This document shows, piece after piece, positions 38,775 through 51,782 of a stretch of 64,000 nucleotides of DNA. The notes beneath the pieces were generated by a model. That model was not told the DNA's origin, searched no databases, and saw only the letters and a list, made by a program, of their open reading frames with translations. The stretch's first letter is position 1. Each line of letters starts with the position of its first letter. The translations under genes and the position numbers were made by a program. The stretch comes from Felis catus (lineage: Eukaryota): assembly GCF_018350175.1 (NCBI RefSeq), contig NC_058383.1, positions 26,476,001 through 26,540,000 on the forward strand, read 5' to 3'.

Positions 38775-39610
38775 CTTCTTCCTGTGCTGAGCCTGGGACT
38801 TTGTCCTCAGCCATTCCCCACTCCTCCCCTACTCTGCTCTGCCATGCAAGACACTGATCCCTGAAGGCTGCATTTCCTAGGCTTTCGCGTGAGCTGACTC
38901 CTGGCGGGTTCAACCAATGACAGTCACTGGCACGAGACTGGAGGGCAGGAGGAGGAGAGAGGCCAGGGCATTTCTCCCCTTCTCTGCCTCTGCCCCTGAA
39001 TCACCTTTGTGACTCCAGTGCCCAGCGGAAAGACCTGGCCCACATCTTCCATCAGGTGTGACCAGGGCTGTGGGCTCTGGCAGCACCTTTTGTTTTTTCA
39101 GCTCCAAGAGTGGTAGTGGCTTGTGCTGAAGTGATTGCCTCACTGTATCAGTCAGGTGCTTTTGGGAAACATATGGTAAAATCAGTCAAGGAAATAGGAA
39201 GAAAATTTAATAAAGGAACTATCTACAGAGGGGTGGGAAGAGTTCTGTTGAACTAACAAAGGAGACGCAGTAACCCAGGGCTAGTAACAGCCAGGAGCCT
39301 CTCTCACCATTGGGCCCTGGAAAAGACAGGTGGACGAAGACAGCGATGTGTAAGGAACTGTGGCCTTCAGTAGAGGGATGCAGTCACCTCTAGGTGAGCT
39401 GCAGGGACAAACCTGGAGGAATAAACATCCACATATCACTCTCCTCCCGCTCTCCCATCTGGTGGTGGCTCCTATTGGCAGAAGACAAGGACAAGGATTC
39501 TGCCATTGCAGTCCATACAGGTCAACCTCTGGGGCCCAGAGCAGGGTGGAGAAGGATGGAGAGCAGATCTACACAGACAAATGGAAGGAGCAGGTACCCC
39601 ATCCTCACAC
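38775..39610. mobile_element. Old ERVL LTR fragments (LTR33/LTR41-like)
   Basis: GGGTTCAACCAATG...GAGACTGGAGGGCAGGAGGAGG, followed by a second element starting TGTATCAGTCAGG at ~39144. Confidence 0.5.
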
Positions 39611-39986
39611 GTTGTCCCCTGTTTAGGCTTCCCAGCAGCCAAGGAACACATTCCTATCGTCTGTGTGTGGAAAATGGACTGTGCATGGGGCACCGGTGTG
39701 GCTCAGTCAGTTAAGTGTCTGCCTTTGGCTCAGGGCATGATCTCACAGTGTGTGAGTTTGAACCCCATGTTGGATGGGCTCTGTGCGGACAGCTCAGAGC
39801 CTGGAGCCTGCTTTAGATTCCGTGGCCTCCCTCTCTCTCTGCCCCTGCTCCACTCATACTCTGTCTCTCACTCTCAAAAATAAACATTAAATATTTTTTA
39901 AAATAATATAAGAAGATGGACTATGCTGTGATTATTATTGTTATTACTTTGCCATAATATGTCTTTAAGAAAGAGGGTGCTATACC

Positions 39987-40206
39987 AGGGATAGGCATGC
40001 TGTAGCCTGTGGACCAAATATAGCCAGCTGCCTGTCATTGTAATTAGATTTTTATTGAAGCACGGCTCACTCATTCGTTGACATTATTTGTGGCTGCTTT
40101 TCCACTACTGTGGCAATGTTGAGTAGTTTCAACAGAGATCACATGGCCTGCACAGCCTGAAATATTTACTCTCTGGCCTTTTATACAAAAAGTTTGCTGA
40201 CCCCTG
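39987..40206. mobile_element. MER58A-like hAT MITE
   Basis: CAGGGATAGGCA...GCCTGAAATATTTACTCTCTGGCCTTTTATACAAAAAGTTTGCTGACCCCTG. Confidence 0.85.
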
Positions 40207-40222
40207 TGCCATGCCCATTGTA

Positions 40223-40380
40223 CCAGGAAGAACTGGTTACATAATTTTTAGGTCTTACTGCAAAATGAAAACGCAGAGCCCCTTCTTCAAAATCCTTGAC
40301 GTATTTCAAGATGGCGGCAAACTTAAGGCTTCTCTAAGTGTGGGGTCACGTGGTACTGCACAGATGACACGCTACATGTG
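40223..40380 (-). mobile_element. MER45A-like hAT (Tip100) MITE
   Basis: CTGGTTACATAATTT...TGCAAAATGAAAACGCAGAGCCCCTTCTTCAAAA...TTTCAAGATGGCG...ACTGCACAG. Confidence 0.7.
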
Positions 40381-42734
40381 TATACGTACAGAATGCTTTC
40401 TAGCTGAATACGATGGCTATAGTAATCCATTTATCTCATTATTCATGGAGGTTTGAGGAGCAAGAGACATGGAATTTGGACTTTAACTACAGTAGGCACA
40501 GGAAGGCATCCTGTGTTCCAGGGATACAGAGATCTACCAGAAGAGGAGAATTGTTTGAGAAAGAGTTTTTGCAATGTAACAGTTTTTCAAATAGAGAAAA
40601 GTTAAGAAACTAGAGAATATAACAAAGAGACATTATTTTAACATAATGCCCTGAGCATCTGGGCAACATGCCCTGAGCATCTGGGTGGCTCAGTCGGTTG
40701 GGCATCTGACTTTAGCTTAGGTCATGATCTCACGGTTTGTGGGTTCAAGACCTGCATTGGGCTCCGTGCTGACAGCTCAGAGCCTGGAGCCTGCTTTGGA
40801 GTCTGTGTCTCCTTCTCAATCTGTCCCTCCCCCACTCATGCTGTGTCTCTCTTTCTCAGAAAAGAATAAACATTAAAAAAAAATTGTTTTTAGCTGCTAC
40901 TATCCTTCTGGGGTACCTGCCACTAGTTTTTCCAGATGAATATATATCAAGAAAAAAAAAATTAAAGCCTGGTTCTCCAAAACATACTTCACTGGTAAGA
41001 GTGACTAGGTGTTTAGAATTTTACGCATCATGAAATCATCATTTCATGATACATTATAATGTAGTCAGAAAAATGGTACTCCTTATATGCCCCTTAGGTG
41101 GTTTTTAGGTAGGGGTGTTTTTGGCATCAGGTACCCCAGTTTCTGCCACTTATCAAACTGTGTGGCCTGAGGCAGGTAACTCACTGCATTTTTTGAGTGC
41201 AGTTTCTTCCTATGAAAAAAAGGATTTGATAATATTTACCTCCTAGCAGGGCACCTGGGTGGCTCAGTTGGTTGGGCACCCTTGATTTCAGCTCAGGTCA
41301 CGATCCCAGGGTCGTGGGATTGAGCCCTGTGTCAGGCTTTATGTTGAGTGTGGAACCTGCTTAAGATTCTCTCTCTCTCCCTCTGCCCCTCTCCCACACT
41401 CACGTTCTCTCTCTCTAAAATAAAATAAAATAAAATAACCTCAAAGAGCTTGAGAAATAGTGGTGGTTAGAAATAAATATAGGGGCAGCTGGTGGCTCAG
41501 TCAGTTAAGCGTCCCACTTTGGCTCAGGTCATGATCTTACCGTTTGTGGGTTCGTGCCCTGCATCAGACTCTCTGCTGTCAGCACAGAGCCCACTTCAGA
41601 TCTTCTGTCCCCCTCTTTCTCTGCCCCTCCCCTGCTTGTTCTCTCTCTCAAAAATAAATATAAGGGGGGCCTGGGTGGCTCATTCCGTTAAGCATCCGAT
41701 TCTTGGTTTCAGCTTAGGTCATGGTCTCACAGTTTTGTGGGTTCGAGCCCCATATTGGGCTCTGTGCTTGCAGTATGGAGCCTGTTTGGGATTCTCTCTC
41801 TCTCCCTCTCTCTCTGTCCTTCCCTCACTCACACTGGCTCTGTTTCTCTCAAAATAAATAAAAATTAAATATATATATACATATAAAAAGAAATAAATAT
41901 AATTAGGGTGAGTGTTCATTATTATTTTAACAAAATGGCAGAAAAGGTGGGTTCTGTTTTAAAATGGTAGCACAGGGCCAGGCTTTCTCGTTTGCTAGCT
42001 CTCTTCTCTCCCTGGTATTTGCTGAGAATAAACACTTCCCAAACACTCACTGATGATTTGGAGATTAAGCTATTATTTTTCTACATCCTATTATTTTCGA
42101 ATTTGCTTCCTTTACCAAAGGTGATGTAATACTCGGCCATCTGCTTCCCCTTCATCCAAAAGCCACCTGAAATCATGCTTTTTCTGAGAAGCTTCTTCCA
42201 GGGCTCAGCAGGAAGGGTCCCCTAAGAGGTGGTATGCTTGGGGGACAGTCCAAACGCCATGCCAGCAGTGTGACCTTCAAATCATCCGAATCATTTTGTG
42301 GAAGCACAAAAGACCTTCCAGAACAAGCCTTCATTTGCTTCCTTGGCATAGGACGAAGGGATTGTTTCTGTTATGACACATACAGCTGTCCACTAACGAG
42401 GATGAAAAATTCTATTTCAGAGGTGCTCTGGAAGGAAATATTTATCCCTGTCTTACTTGGTAGGCAATTTAACTCTTACATTTTTTTTTTTTTAATTAGA
42501 GAGAGAGAGTGAAAGCTGGGAAGAGGGTCAAAGGGAGAGAGAGCGAGAGCGAGAGCGAGAGAAGAGAGAGAGAATCCCAAGCAGGCTCCACATCCAGTAT
42601 GGAGCCTGACTAGGGGTTCCATCTCACAATCCCAGGATCATGACTTGAGTCAAAATGAAGAGTTGGATGCCTAACCAATTGAGCACCCAGGCGCCCCTGC
42701 AATTTAACTCTTTAACTTAAATGAATTAAACTTT

Positions 42735-42955
42735 GGGGCGCCTGGGTGGCGCAGTCGGTTAAGCGTCCGACTTCAGCCAGGTCACGATCTCGCGGTCCAT
42801 GAGTTCGAGCCCCGCGTCAAGCTCTGGGCTGATGGCTCAGAGCCTGGAGCCTGTCTCCGATTCTGTGTCTCCCTCTCTCTCTGCCCCTCCCTCGTTCATG
42901 CTCTGTCTCTCTCTGTCCCAAAAATAAATAAATGTTGAAAAAAAATTAAAAAAAA
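42735..42955 (+). mobile_element. Young SINEC_Fc-type SINE
   Basis: TSD AAATGAATTAAACTT. Confidence 0.9.
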
Positions 42956-45359
42956 AAATGAATTAAACTTATGAGACCTGGGGCACCTGGCTGGCACAGT
43001 CAGTGGAGAATGTGACTCTTGATGTCAAGGTTGTAAGTTCGAGCCCCAGGTTGGGTGTAGAGATTACTTAAAAATAAAATTTCAAAAAAAAAAAAAAGCA
43101 AAACAGGGCGCCTGGGTGGCTCCATCGGTTGAGCATCTGACTTCAGCTCAGGTCATGATCTCACAATTGATGAATTCAAGCCTCGCGTCCAGCTCTGTGC
43201 TGACAGCTCGGAGCCTGGAGCCTGCTTTGGATTCTGTGTCTCCCTCGCTCTCTGCCCCTCCCCCACTAGTGATCTGTCTCTGTCTCAAAAAATAAATAAG
43301 TAAACATTAGAAAAAAAAAAACAAAAAAAAAAACGACTGTGATACCTGATTGTTTTTAAGAAAATGGACTCTTCGTACAAGTTGACAGAATGAGTTGATT
43401 GTTGGCTGAAGTCAGTCAGAGGGGCAGCATGGAGACAGGCAACCACATGTGGGTTTAAATTTCAACCCTGTTCACCAGCGATGTCACCTTTGGCAACTCA
43501 TGTCCTTTATAGGCCTCTGCCTATAACCAGAGCACTGAGCTAGTTATGTAAAGCCCTCAGCACTGTGACTGGCAAGTAGTTAGAGCCCAACAAATGTTAG
43601 TTACTGTTACTATGAATGGTATATCATGACCATCATCGTCAGATTTGGGTAACTTCCAAGCAGTGACAACAAAAACTCCAGGAGCCACTCTCCTTTACCC
43701 TGACTTTAACCTCCATCTGCCCACCTCCTCTTCCTGTCCCCAGCCCACATTAATATCCTTTCTCTCTTTTTTTTTTTAACGTTTTATTTATTTTTGAGAC
43801 AGGGAGAGACAGAGCATGAACGGGGGAGGGTCAGAGAGAGAGGGAGACACAGAATCTGAAACAGGCTCCAGGTTCTGAGCAGTCAGCACAGAGCCCGATG
43901 CGGGGCTCGAACTCAAGGACAGTGAGATTGTGACCTGAGCCGAAGTCGGACGCTTGCTTAACCGACTGAGCCACCCAGGTGCCCCAATATCCTTTCTCTT
44001 TAACTCGATCTTGGTGGGCCCTGACTTTAGGCAAGATATTTAAGAAGGCTTTTGCCGGTGAGGAACTCAGGGAAAGACTCAGGGATCAAAACACAAGGAA
44101 GAAACCCAGGGCTAGACTGCTAGGAACGCCTACTAGAGGCCAGAGAGAGGGCCACCTGGGTGGCTCAGTCGCTTGGACGCTTGGGCATCCAGTGTTTGAT
44201 TTCTGCTCAGGTCGTGATCTCCTGGGGATTCTCCGTCTCCCATTCTCGCTGCCCTGCCCTTGTTTTCTCATTCTCATTCCCTCTCTCTCTAAAATAAATA
44301 AACATTTGAAAAAAATGCCAGAGAGAAAGGAAGATGCAGTATCTCTGGCCCAACTGCACTTGTCAACGAACATTCAAAATAAAAAGTTTTGCCCCCGTTC
44401 AACCCAATTCTTCAGAAAGAAAGACATTGACATACACAGGATAGCCTTTTAAAATGTTAAAGAAAGAAACATACACAGGATAGCCTTTTAAAATGTTAAA
44501 TGATAACTGTACCGACAATAGATGGCAATGACTTAGAGTTGGAAATTTTTTTACATAATCTGCATTTTATTGACATATATCCTTGATATTGCTGTAATCT
44601 TCGGAAGCAAAGGAGCGGGTTCCTTTAGTAGTGGCTGTGCAAATCCTTGGGCACCTGCAGGGCCACACTGGAGGATCTCACCCTGTGTTTTCTCCACTTT
44701 ATAAGTCACAAATAGCTTTGGCTGGGCATCATCGTCCTCCCATTTAATTGTTTGGAGAATGCGTGAGCCACTGGGCAGCACGGCTTGTGCCCTGATTCAT
44801 AGAAGCTTGGCCCTTGCCTCAAGCTGAGGCAGCCTGAGTGAAGATTTCAAATGTGTCATGAGTTTCCCAGCCAAATTCCTCCAAGCACCGACTTGAAAAC
44901 TCAAAAATAGCCCTTAGTGAGGGAGCCTGACCTGTGACAAAGACTTCCTAGCTGGGAGCACGTATAAGAGGGCTGAGGGTTTTCTTTTTTTAAAATCTGC
45001 TTTAATGTCTCTATGCTGGGAATTTGCTTTTAAGAGTGTGTTTGAAAAATCACTCTTGTACTTGAGTCTACTGTTTGAGAATGGGGTTCCTCAATTCTTG
45101 TGCCTGATTGGGGTTAATCCTGTGCCAGATCTAAGGATCAAAGGAAACAAAAGAGAGAGAGAGCCTTGCCTTTTATTTACTCAGGATATAAATTGAAGTA
45201 TCTATCTAGGAAATGTGGAAGATCTATCTAGAAAAATCCCAGTGGTTGAGGACTCTGGGTTTGGTCTATGTTTAAATTCTGATGCCAGGGTCTTTTAGAA
45301 GCTAAAGGCTCAGGTCAACTCAGTTTTTGAGGTTCTGATTTAAGAAATATAAGAATGTA

Positions 45360-45575
45360 GGGGCTCCTGGGTGGTGCAGTCGGTTAAGCGTCCGACTTCA
45401 GCCAGGTCACGATCTCGCAGTCTGTGAGTTCGAGCCCTGCGTCAGGCTCTGGGCTGATGGCTCAGAGGCTGGAGTCTGTTTCCGATTCTGTGTCTCCCTC
45501 TCTCTCTGCCCCTCCCCCGTTCATGCTCTGTCTCTCTCTGTCCCAAAAATAAATAAACGTTGAAAAAAAATATTA
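45360..45575 (+). mobile_element. Young SINEC_Fc-type SINE
   Basis: TSD AAGAAATATAAGAATGTA. Confidence 0.9.
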
Positions 45576-45866
45576 AAGAAATATAAGAATGTATAAGAAA
45601 TAGCAAATAGGGCACAAAACTTATGGTCTATTTTAAGAGTTCTGTTTTTACAACTGAACACTTTTAACACAAGGGGAAAAACAACAATGCAATATAATTA
45701 CTTATTCACCAGGTAATAATTATCATTTATTAGGAAGGATTCATGCATAAGCCCTACAGGGGTGTGGACTAGCAAGGTGCACTATTTTATTTTATGTATT
45801 TATTTTTTGTAAAGGTGCACAATTTTATTTAAATTAAAAAAATTTTTTTAATGTTTATTTGTTTTT

Positions 45867-45906
<40 letters not shown>

Positions 45907-45911
<5 letters not shown>

Positions 45912-45939
45912 CGCGCGCGCGCGCGCGCGCGCGCGCGCG
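45907..45939. repeat. (GC)16G pure CpG dinucleotide repeat next to (GA)n
   Basis: Read directly from sequence; lies inside the antisense SINE at 45830-46111. Confidence 0.95.
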
Positions 45940-46128
45940 AGCGAGTGGGGGAGGGGCAGAGCTCGAGGGAGACACAGACTCCCAAGCAGGCTCCAGGCTC
46001 TGAGCTGTCAGCACAGAGCCCGTCGCAGGGCTCAAACCCACAAGCTGTGAGATCATGACCTAAGCCAAAGTCAGACCTGAGCCTCAACTGACTGAGCCAC
46101 CCAGGTGCCCCATGGGTGCACAATTTTA

Positions 46129-46380
46129 TTTTATTTTATTATTTTTTTTTAATTTTTTTTTTAATTTTTTTTTCAACGTTTATTTATTTTTGGGGGGGAC
46201 AGAGAGAGACAGAGCATGAATGGGGGAGGGGCAGAGAGAGAGGGAGACACAGAATCGGAGACAGGCTCCAGGCTCTGAGCCATCAGCCCAGAGCCTGACG
46301 CGGGGCTCGAACTCCCGGACCGCGAGATCGTGACCTGGCTGAAGTCGGACGCTTAACCGACTGCGCCACCCAGGCGCCCC
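46129..46380 (-). mobile_element. Young SINEC_Fc-type SINE
   Basis: TSD GGGTGCACAATTTTA. Confidence 0.9.
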
Positions 46381-47885
46381 AGGGTGCACAATTTTAAAAT
46401 CCGGACTTCTTTCCCATCAGTGTTTCTCCAGGACTCTGTGTATAACCTCATTAGGCAATAACATTCAAGATCTAAATCTGAGGCCTATGATGAATGTGAG
46501 GTCAGGACCATCTGTCTCTTCTGTCCCTGCATGTCATAGTCCTTGCCTGTTACCAGCTGTGTGACCTTAGGCAGGCTGCTCAGTTCCTGCTGGCATCGGA
46601 GATACTGACATCCTAGGGTGGTTCTGGAGAATTCCATGAAGTAACCTACACAGAGCATTCAGCTCAGTGACTGGCATTAGTAAATGCTCAATAAACATTA
46701 ACCAGAGTTGGTCACTATTATTAGTGCTAAGACCCTATACCTCGGCCAGAGTTTATTTAATTGGTTTGTGTGTGTCACTGCCACACCCTGGGAGTATCCA
46801 TTCTTTGTCCATTTGTTCAACACATATTTACAGAATCCCTACTTTTAACTTTGTAAAGAATTTTGTTTTACAACTACCATGTCTGTATTCTAATTAGGAA
46901 GCTAGCAATAGGAAAAAAAATCACCCATGATCCCATGATCACAGGACATCGATATTAAGTACATTTGATACATTTTCTTCTTAGGTCTTTTCTCCTTCCT
47001 TTTTTCTCTGCATTGGGATCCTTGCTGACAGAGTGGAGCCTGCTTGGATTCTCTCTCTCTCTCTGACCCTCCCTCATGTGTGTGCTCTCTCTCTCAAAAT
47101 AAATAACATAAATTAAAAAAAAAAAAAAGAATTCTTGGGGCGCCTGGGTGGCTCAGTTGGTTGGGCGTCCGACTTCGGCTCAGGTCATGACCTCACGGTT
47201 TGTGAGTTTGAGCCCTGCGTGGGGCTCTGTGCTGTCAGTTTGGAGCCTGGAGCCTGCTTCAGATTCTGTGTCTCCCTGTCTCTCTGCCCCTCCCCCACTC
47301 ACGCTCTCTATCAAAAAATGAATAAACGTTTAAAAAAAATTAAAAAGAAAGAATTCTTCATATCTAGGGGCTCCTGGGTGACTCAGTCAGTGGAGTGTCT
47401 AACTCTTAATTTGGAGGTCATGATCACAGGGTCATGGGATCGAGCCCTGTGTCCAGATCTGCACTGAGTATGGAGCCTGCTTGGGTTTCTCTCTCTCCTC
47501 TCTCTCTGCCCCTCCTCTGCTCCTTTTAACTATCTCTCTCTCTCTCTCAAAACAAGTAAATAAAACATATAAAAAAAGACAAACGACAACAACCACAACT
47601 ATTTTTTGAGTGTTTACTGGGCCAGGTGCTGTGCTATGTGCTGAGGATCGAGGGGGAAGAGACGGACAGGTGTGGACTCTGCTTTCACAGACAGAGCTCC
47701 TATTCTAAAAGTGAGACAGATAATAAATTGTACAAAGAAACCCAATACTGGCAGATGGTGATGGGTGCTACCAAGAAAAGAAATAGGGTGTGTGACAGAA
47801 TGTTCCTAAATAGGACATTGGCTAGGTTTTTGGGCAGGGAGGTCAGGGAAAACCTCTCAAGAGAATGGAGATGGACCATGGAAAA

Positions 47886-48061
47886 CAGTGCCAGGACTAA
47901 GATGAGGCAAATGAAGTGCCTAGACCCCCCAAATTTAGGGAGGCATTCACTTGCTGGTCTATGCCTGTGCAATGTTAGTGTTTGCATGACCTTAAGAGTG
48001 AATGCCTCCTGAAACTTGGTACCCCAGGTGCTTTCCTCACCTTACCCACATCTCAACTCTG
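47886..48061. mobile_element. MER96-like palindromic hAT MITE inserted in an antisense L2 (~47600-48310)
   Basis: CAG...CTG termini, internal inverted repeat GGAGGCATTCAC/GTGAATGCCTCC, degenerate 8-bp TSD ATGGAAAA/ATGGGAAC. Confidence 0.75.
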
Positions 48062-51000
48062 ATGGGAACAAGTGTAGGAATGGCATTACAGGCAGAGGGA
48101 ACAGCAAGCACAAAAGCCCAGAGTCTGGAGAGGCTCAGTGTGCTTTGCGAACAGAGAATCAGTCCCGATGACCTGAGTGGAAGGGGAGAAGTGCTAATGG
48201 AACCATGAAGCTTAGCCACCGAAAGAAACAAGATGACATTTTTTGAAAGTTTGAGAGTTGATCACATTTGGTCTATTTTTTTTGAAATATCCAAGTAGTT
48301 GCCATGGGAAAAACTGGGCTTTCACTTCTTTTCCTCCAGTGGTTTAGAATTGTTTTTATAGCAGCACCTGGCTGGTTCAGGTGGTTAAGTGTCTGACTCT
48401 TGATCTCAGCTGAGGTCATGATCTCTCAGTTCATGGGATCAAGCCCAACATAAGGCTCTGTGCTGACAGTAGGGAGCCTGCTTGAAGTTCTCCCTCCCCC
48501 TCTCTCAAAATAAATAAACTTAAAAAAAAAAACTTGAAATGCTTAAAATTTCCCATAAAAAAAAGAAAATTGTTTTTTATAGCTCACATATGCTGGGAGG
48601 CAAGGTTGGGTGTAGGGGGACACCAATAACTTTGTCAGGGCTTGAAAGTGGTGTTTCTTAGTCTTGGTTGCACATTAGAATCCCCTGCAGAAGCCTCAAA
48701 AAAAGAAAAAATACTGATTCCTGGGGACCCTCGGGTGGCTCAGTTGGTAGAGCATACAACTCTTAATCTGAAGGTTGTGAATTTGAGCCCCACATCGGGC
48801 ACAGAGATTACTTTAAAAAAATACTGATGCCTGGGCTGACACTGAGAGATTCTGATTTAATTGGTCCAGGGTGCAGCCTAGGTGTGGGGAGTTTACTATG
48901 AAGGCAAAATTGATACCCACCATTAGGAACTTGTTCCAGGTACAAGCTGCCGTAGGGTGTCTGCAATGTAGGAGAAATCAGCTTTTAGGCTCATAGTTTT
49001 AATCTTAAGAAGTATAGGAAGCCATTAATGGATTTTAAGTAGGATGGTGAAATGATCTGATTTTTATTTAAAAAGAAAATCACTGGAGGGGGCACCTGGA
49101 TGGCTCAGTTGGTTAAGCGTCTGACCCTTGATTTCGGCTCAGGTTGGGATCTCATAGTTCGTGAGATTGAGCCCAGAGTCCAAGCCTGCTTGGGATTCTC
49201 TCTTCCTCTGTCTTTGCCCCTCCCTTGCTCTCTCTCGCATGAGTGTGTTCTCTCTCTCTCTCAAAATAAATAAACCAAAAAAAAAAAAAAATCGCTGGAA
49301 CACCTGGCTGGCTCAGTTGGTAGAGCATGTGACTCCTGATCTTGGGGTTGTAAGTTCAGGCCCCATGTCGTGTGTAGGGATTACTTAAAAATGAAATCTT
49401 AAAAAAAGAAAGAAAGAAAGAAAGAAAGAAACCACTTTAGCTGCAGCATGGGAAATTTCCTGAAGATAGATTCCCAGAAGAGGAATTACTGGGGGAAAGG
49501 TATTAACAATTTTAAATCTTTGTATACATACTCTTAAATTGCTTTCCAGGAAGTTGCTGCCAAATGACACTTACCCTGACCGTCTGTGTCCTCACACCAC
49601 CCCTTTGCCAACACTGAGTGCTTTTGAGGGTTAATTATTTCTATAGGAGAAGTACAAAAAAAATGACAAACAAGAAGCAGTTGATGGAGCGACTGGGGGC
49701 AACCTAGGACAGCTACTTCCTTTTTTCTCCTTCTTCATTGATCAAATATTATCCACATAGCCATGTGCCTCAGAGAAGTTGTAGAAATCAGTAGATCTGA
49801 TTTCTAGCTAACATTTATTGATTGTTAACTGTGCGGCAGGCACCGTGCCAAGCCCTTTACATGTGAGATCTCAATTAATTCTCTCAATAGTCTTAGGAAG
49901 TCAGTACTATTATCTCTATTTTAGAGACGAGACACTGGGGCACTGTGACAGTCAGGACCTTGTTGATACTCCCTCAGTTTCAAGCAGAGGAGTTGGAATC
50001 TGAACCCAGAGCCCATCCTCGAATTACTCTGCTGTTGTTCTGTAATTTGAAAAGTTTAAAGGGCCCTGACATTTTTCCTAGGGGTCTAAGGTTCTAGTTA
50101 TTGTGCTGCAAATCATTTTGGAATCTAACATAATTTGGTTACTGTACCGTTGTTACAATAAACTATTTAAGGAAGTAAAAATGATTAATTGGCCCCATCA
50201 GCCATTTGCTCATGGATCGGAGGGGAGGAGAGCACTAACTCATTGGAGCATAAAAAGTACAAGAACTGGGGGCACGTGGGTGGCTCAATCGGTAAGCGTC
50301 CGACTTCAGCTCAGGTCAGGATCTCAGGGTTCATGAGTTCAAGCCCCGCATCGGGCTCTGTACTGACAGCTCAGAGCCTGCAGCCTGCTTCAGATTCTGT
50401 GTCTCCCTCTCTCTCTGCTCCTCCCCCACTCACACTTTGTCTCTCTCTCAAAAATAAACATTAAAAATTTTTTTTAAAAAAGTGCAAGAACTGAGGAAAG
50501 CAGGTCCAAGGAATCTCAGAACTTACAATTAAGAAAAGGCTTTGGGAGAGGGGCCTTTCTGGTCAGATTGATAGGTCTGGAGAGAGAGGAAATTGAGCAA
50601 AAATAACTATTTCAGTCATTTCTAAGAATAGATGTATCTTTCTGACTCCTACTCCTGGAGTTCCTTTAGGACAGAGATGGAGTCTTGATTACTGTCCTGA
50701 CCCCAAATACCTAGTTAGTAGATGCTCAATAAATTTTGCTGAATGTTGAACGAAAGAATAAATCAGAATTAGGCTGTATAATATTCAAAAGTCATATGAG
50801 GACAATGTATTCATTATTGCTTATGTAATTAAACAGTAATTACAAACAAATAGAACCCAAATACCTTGTGGCAAGAATAATAGTCTCCCAGAGATGACCA
50901 TACTGAGTGAGGGGACCCTAATCTTGGGACCTTATTGAAGAGGGACTTTTTCTCTCAGGAGAATAGGAAAGAGAGAAGGATAAACAGGGAAGAAAGGACA

Positions 51001-51556
51001 CCTCTCATAGGGCCTCTTATTCCAAACAGGTAGAACACTGCCTCATATCCTCTTGTCAGCAAGAGGGAGGTAGGCTGGTATGGGCAAATTTTGGGGTGGA
51101 GTGTGTACCTGAGCTATATCCCTCTTGATGTAGGTCTTGTTCATTTTTTTTGAACACACTTCGTGACCTTGGCTTGGGTCTGACCTAGTGGGAATTTCTG
51201 TGTTGAGTCAAATATCAGCCCCAGTTCCGAGGTTCAGAGGTTTCTCCCTCCCTTCCTCCCTTCCTCCCTTCCTCCCCTCCTTCCTTCCTTCTTCCTCTCT
51301 CTCTCTCTCTGTCTTTCAAATTTAGTTATTTTGAGAGAGAGAGAGAGAGCACACATGCACGGGGTGGAGGGAGGAGTGGGGGGGGGCAGAGGCAGAAGGT
51401 AAGAGAGAGTCCCAACGAATTTTTCATCTTTTAGATCTGGCAGGATCATACCTTAGTGAGGGGTTGGTGGGCATAATAAGCAAGGACCCCAAGGTTGAGG
51501 AGGTGTGGGTGTGGAAATACCTAAGTCTTATGATCTTCAAGAACTTTAGGTAACCA

Positions 51557-51782
51557 TTTTTTTTTTAAATTTTTTTTTTAACGTTTATTTATTTTTGAGA
51601 CAGAGAGAGACAGAGCATGAACAGGGGAGGGCCAGAGAGAGAGGGAGACACAGAATCTGAAACAGGCTCCAGGCTCTGAGCTATCAGCACAGAGCCCGAC
51701 GCGGGGCTTGAACTCACATACCGCGAGATCGTGACCTGAGCCGAAGTCGGACGCTTAACCGACTGAGCCACCCAGGCGCCCC
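51557..51782 (-). mobile_element. Young CAN-SINE ~0.5 kb upstream of the CpG island
   Basis: TSD TTAGGTAACCATTTT. Confidence 0.9.

Noticed and set aside
44430..44500. CRISPR-like repeat-spacer-repeat
   Set aside because: Only two copies, a 7-nt spacer, mammalian context and no cas genes.
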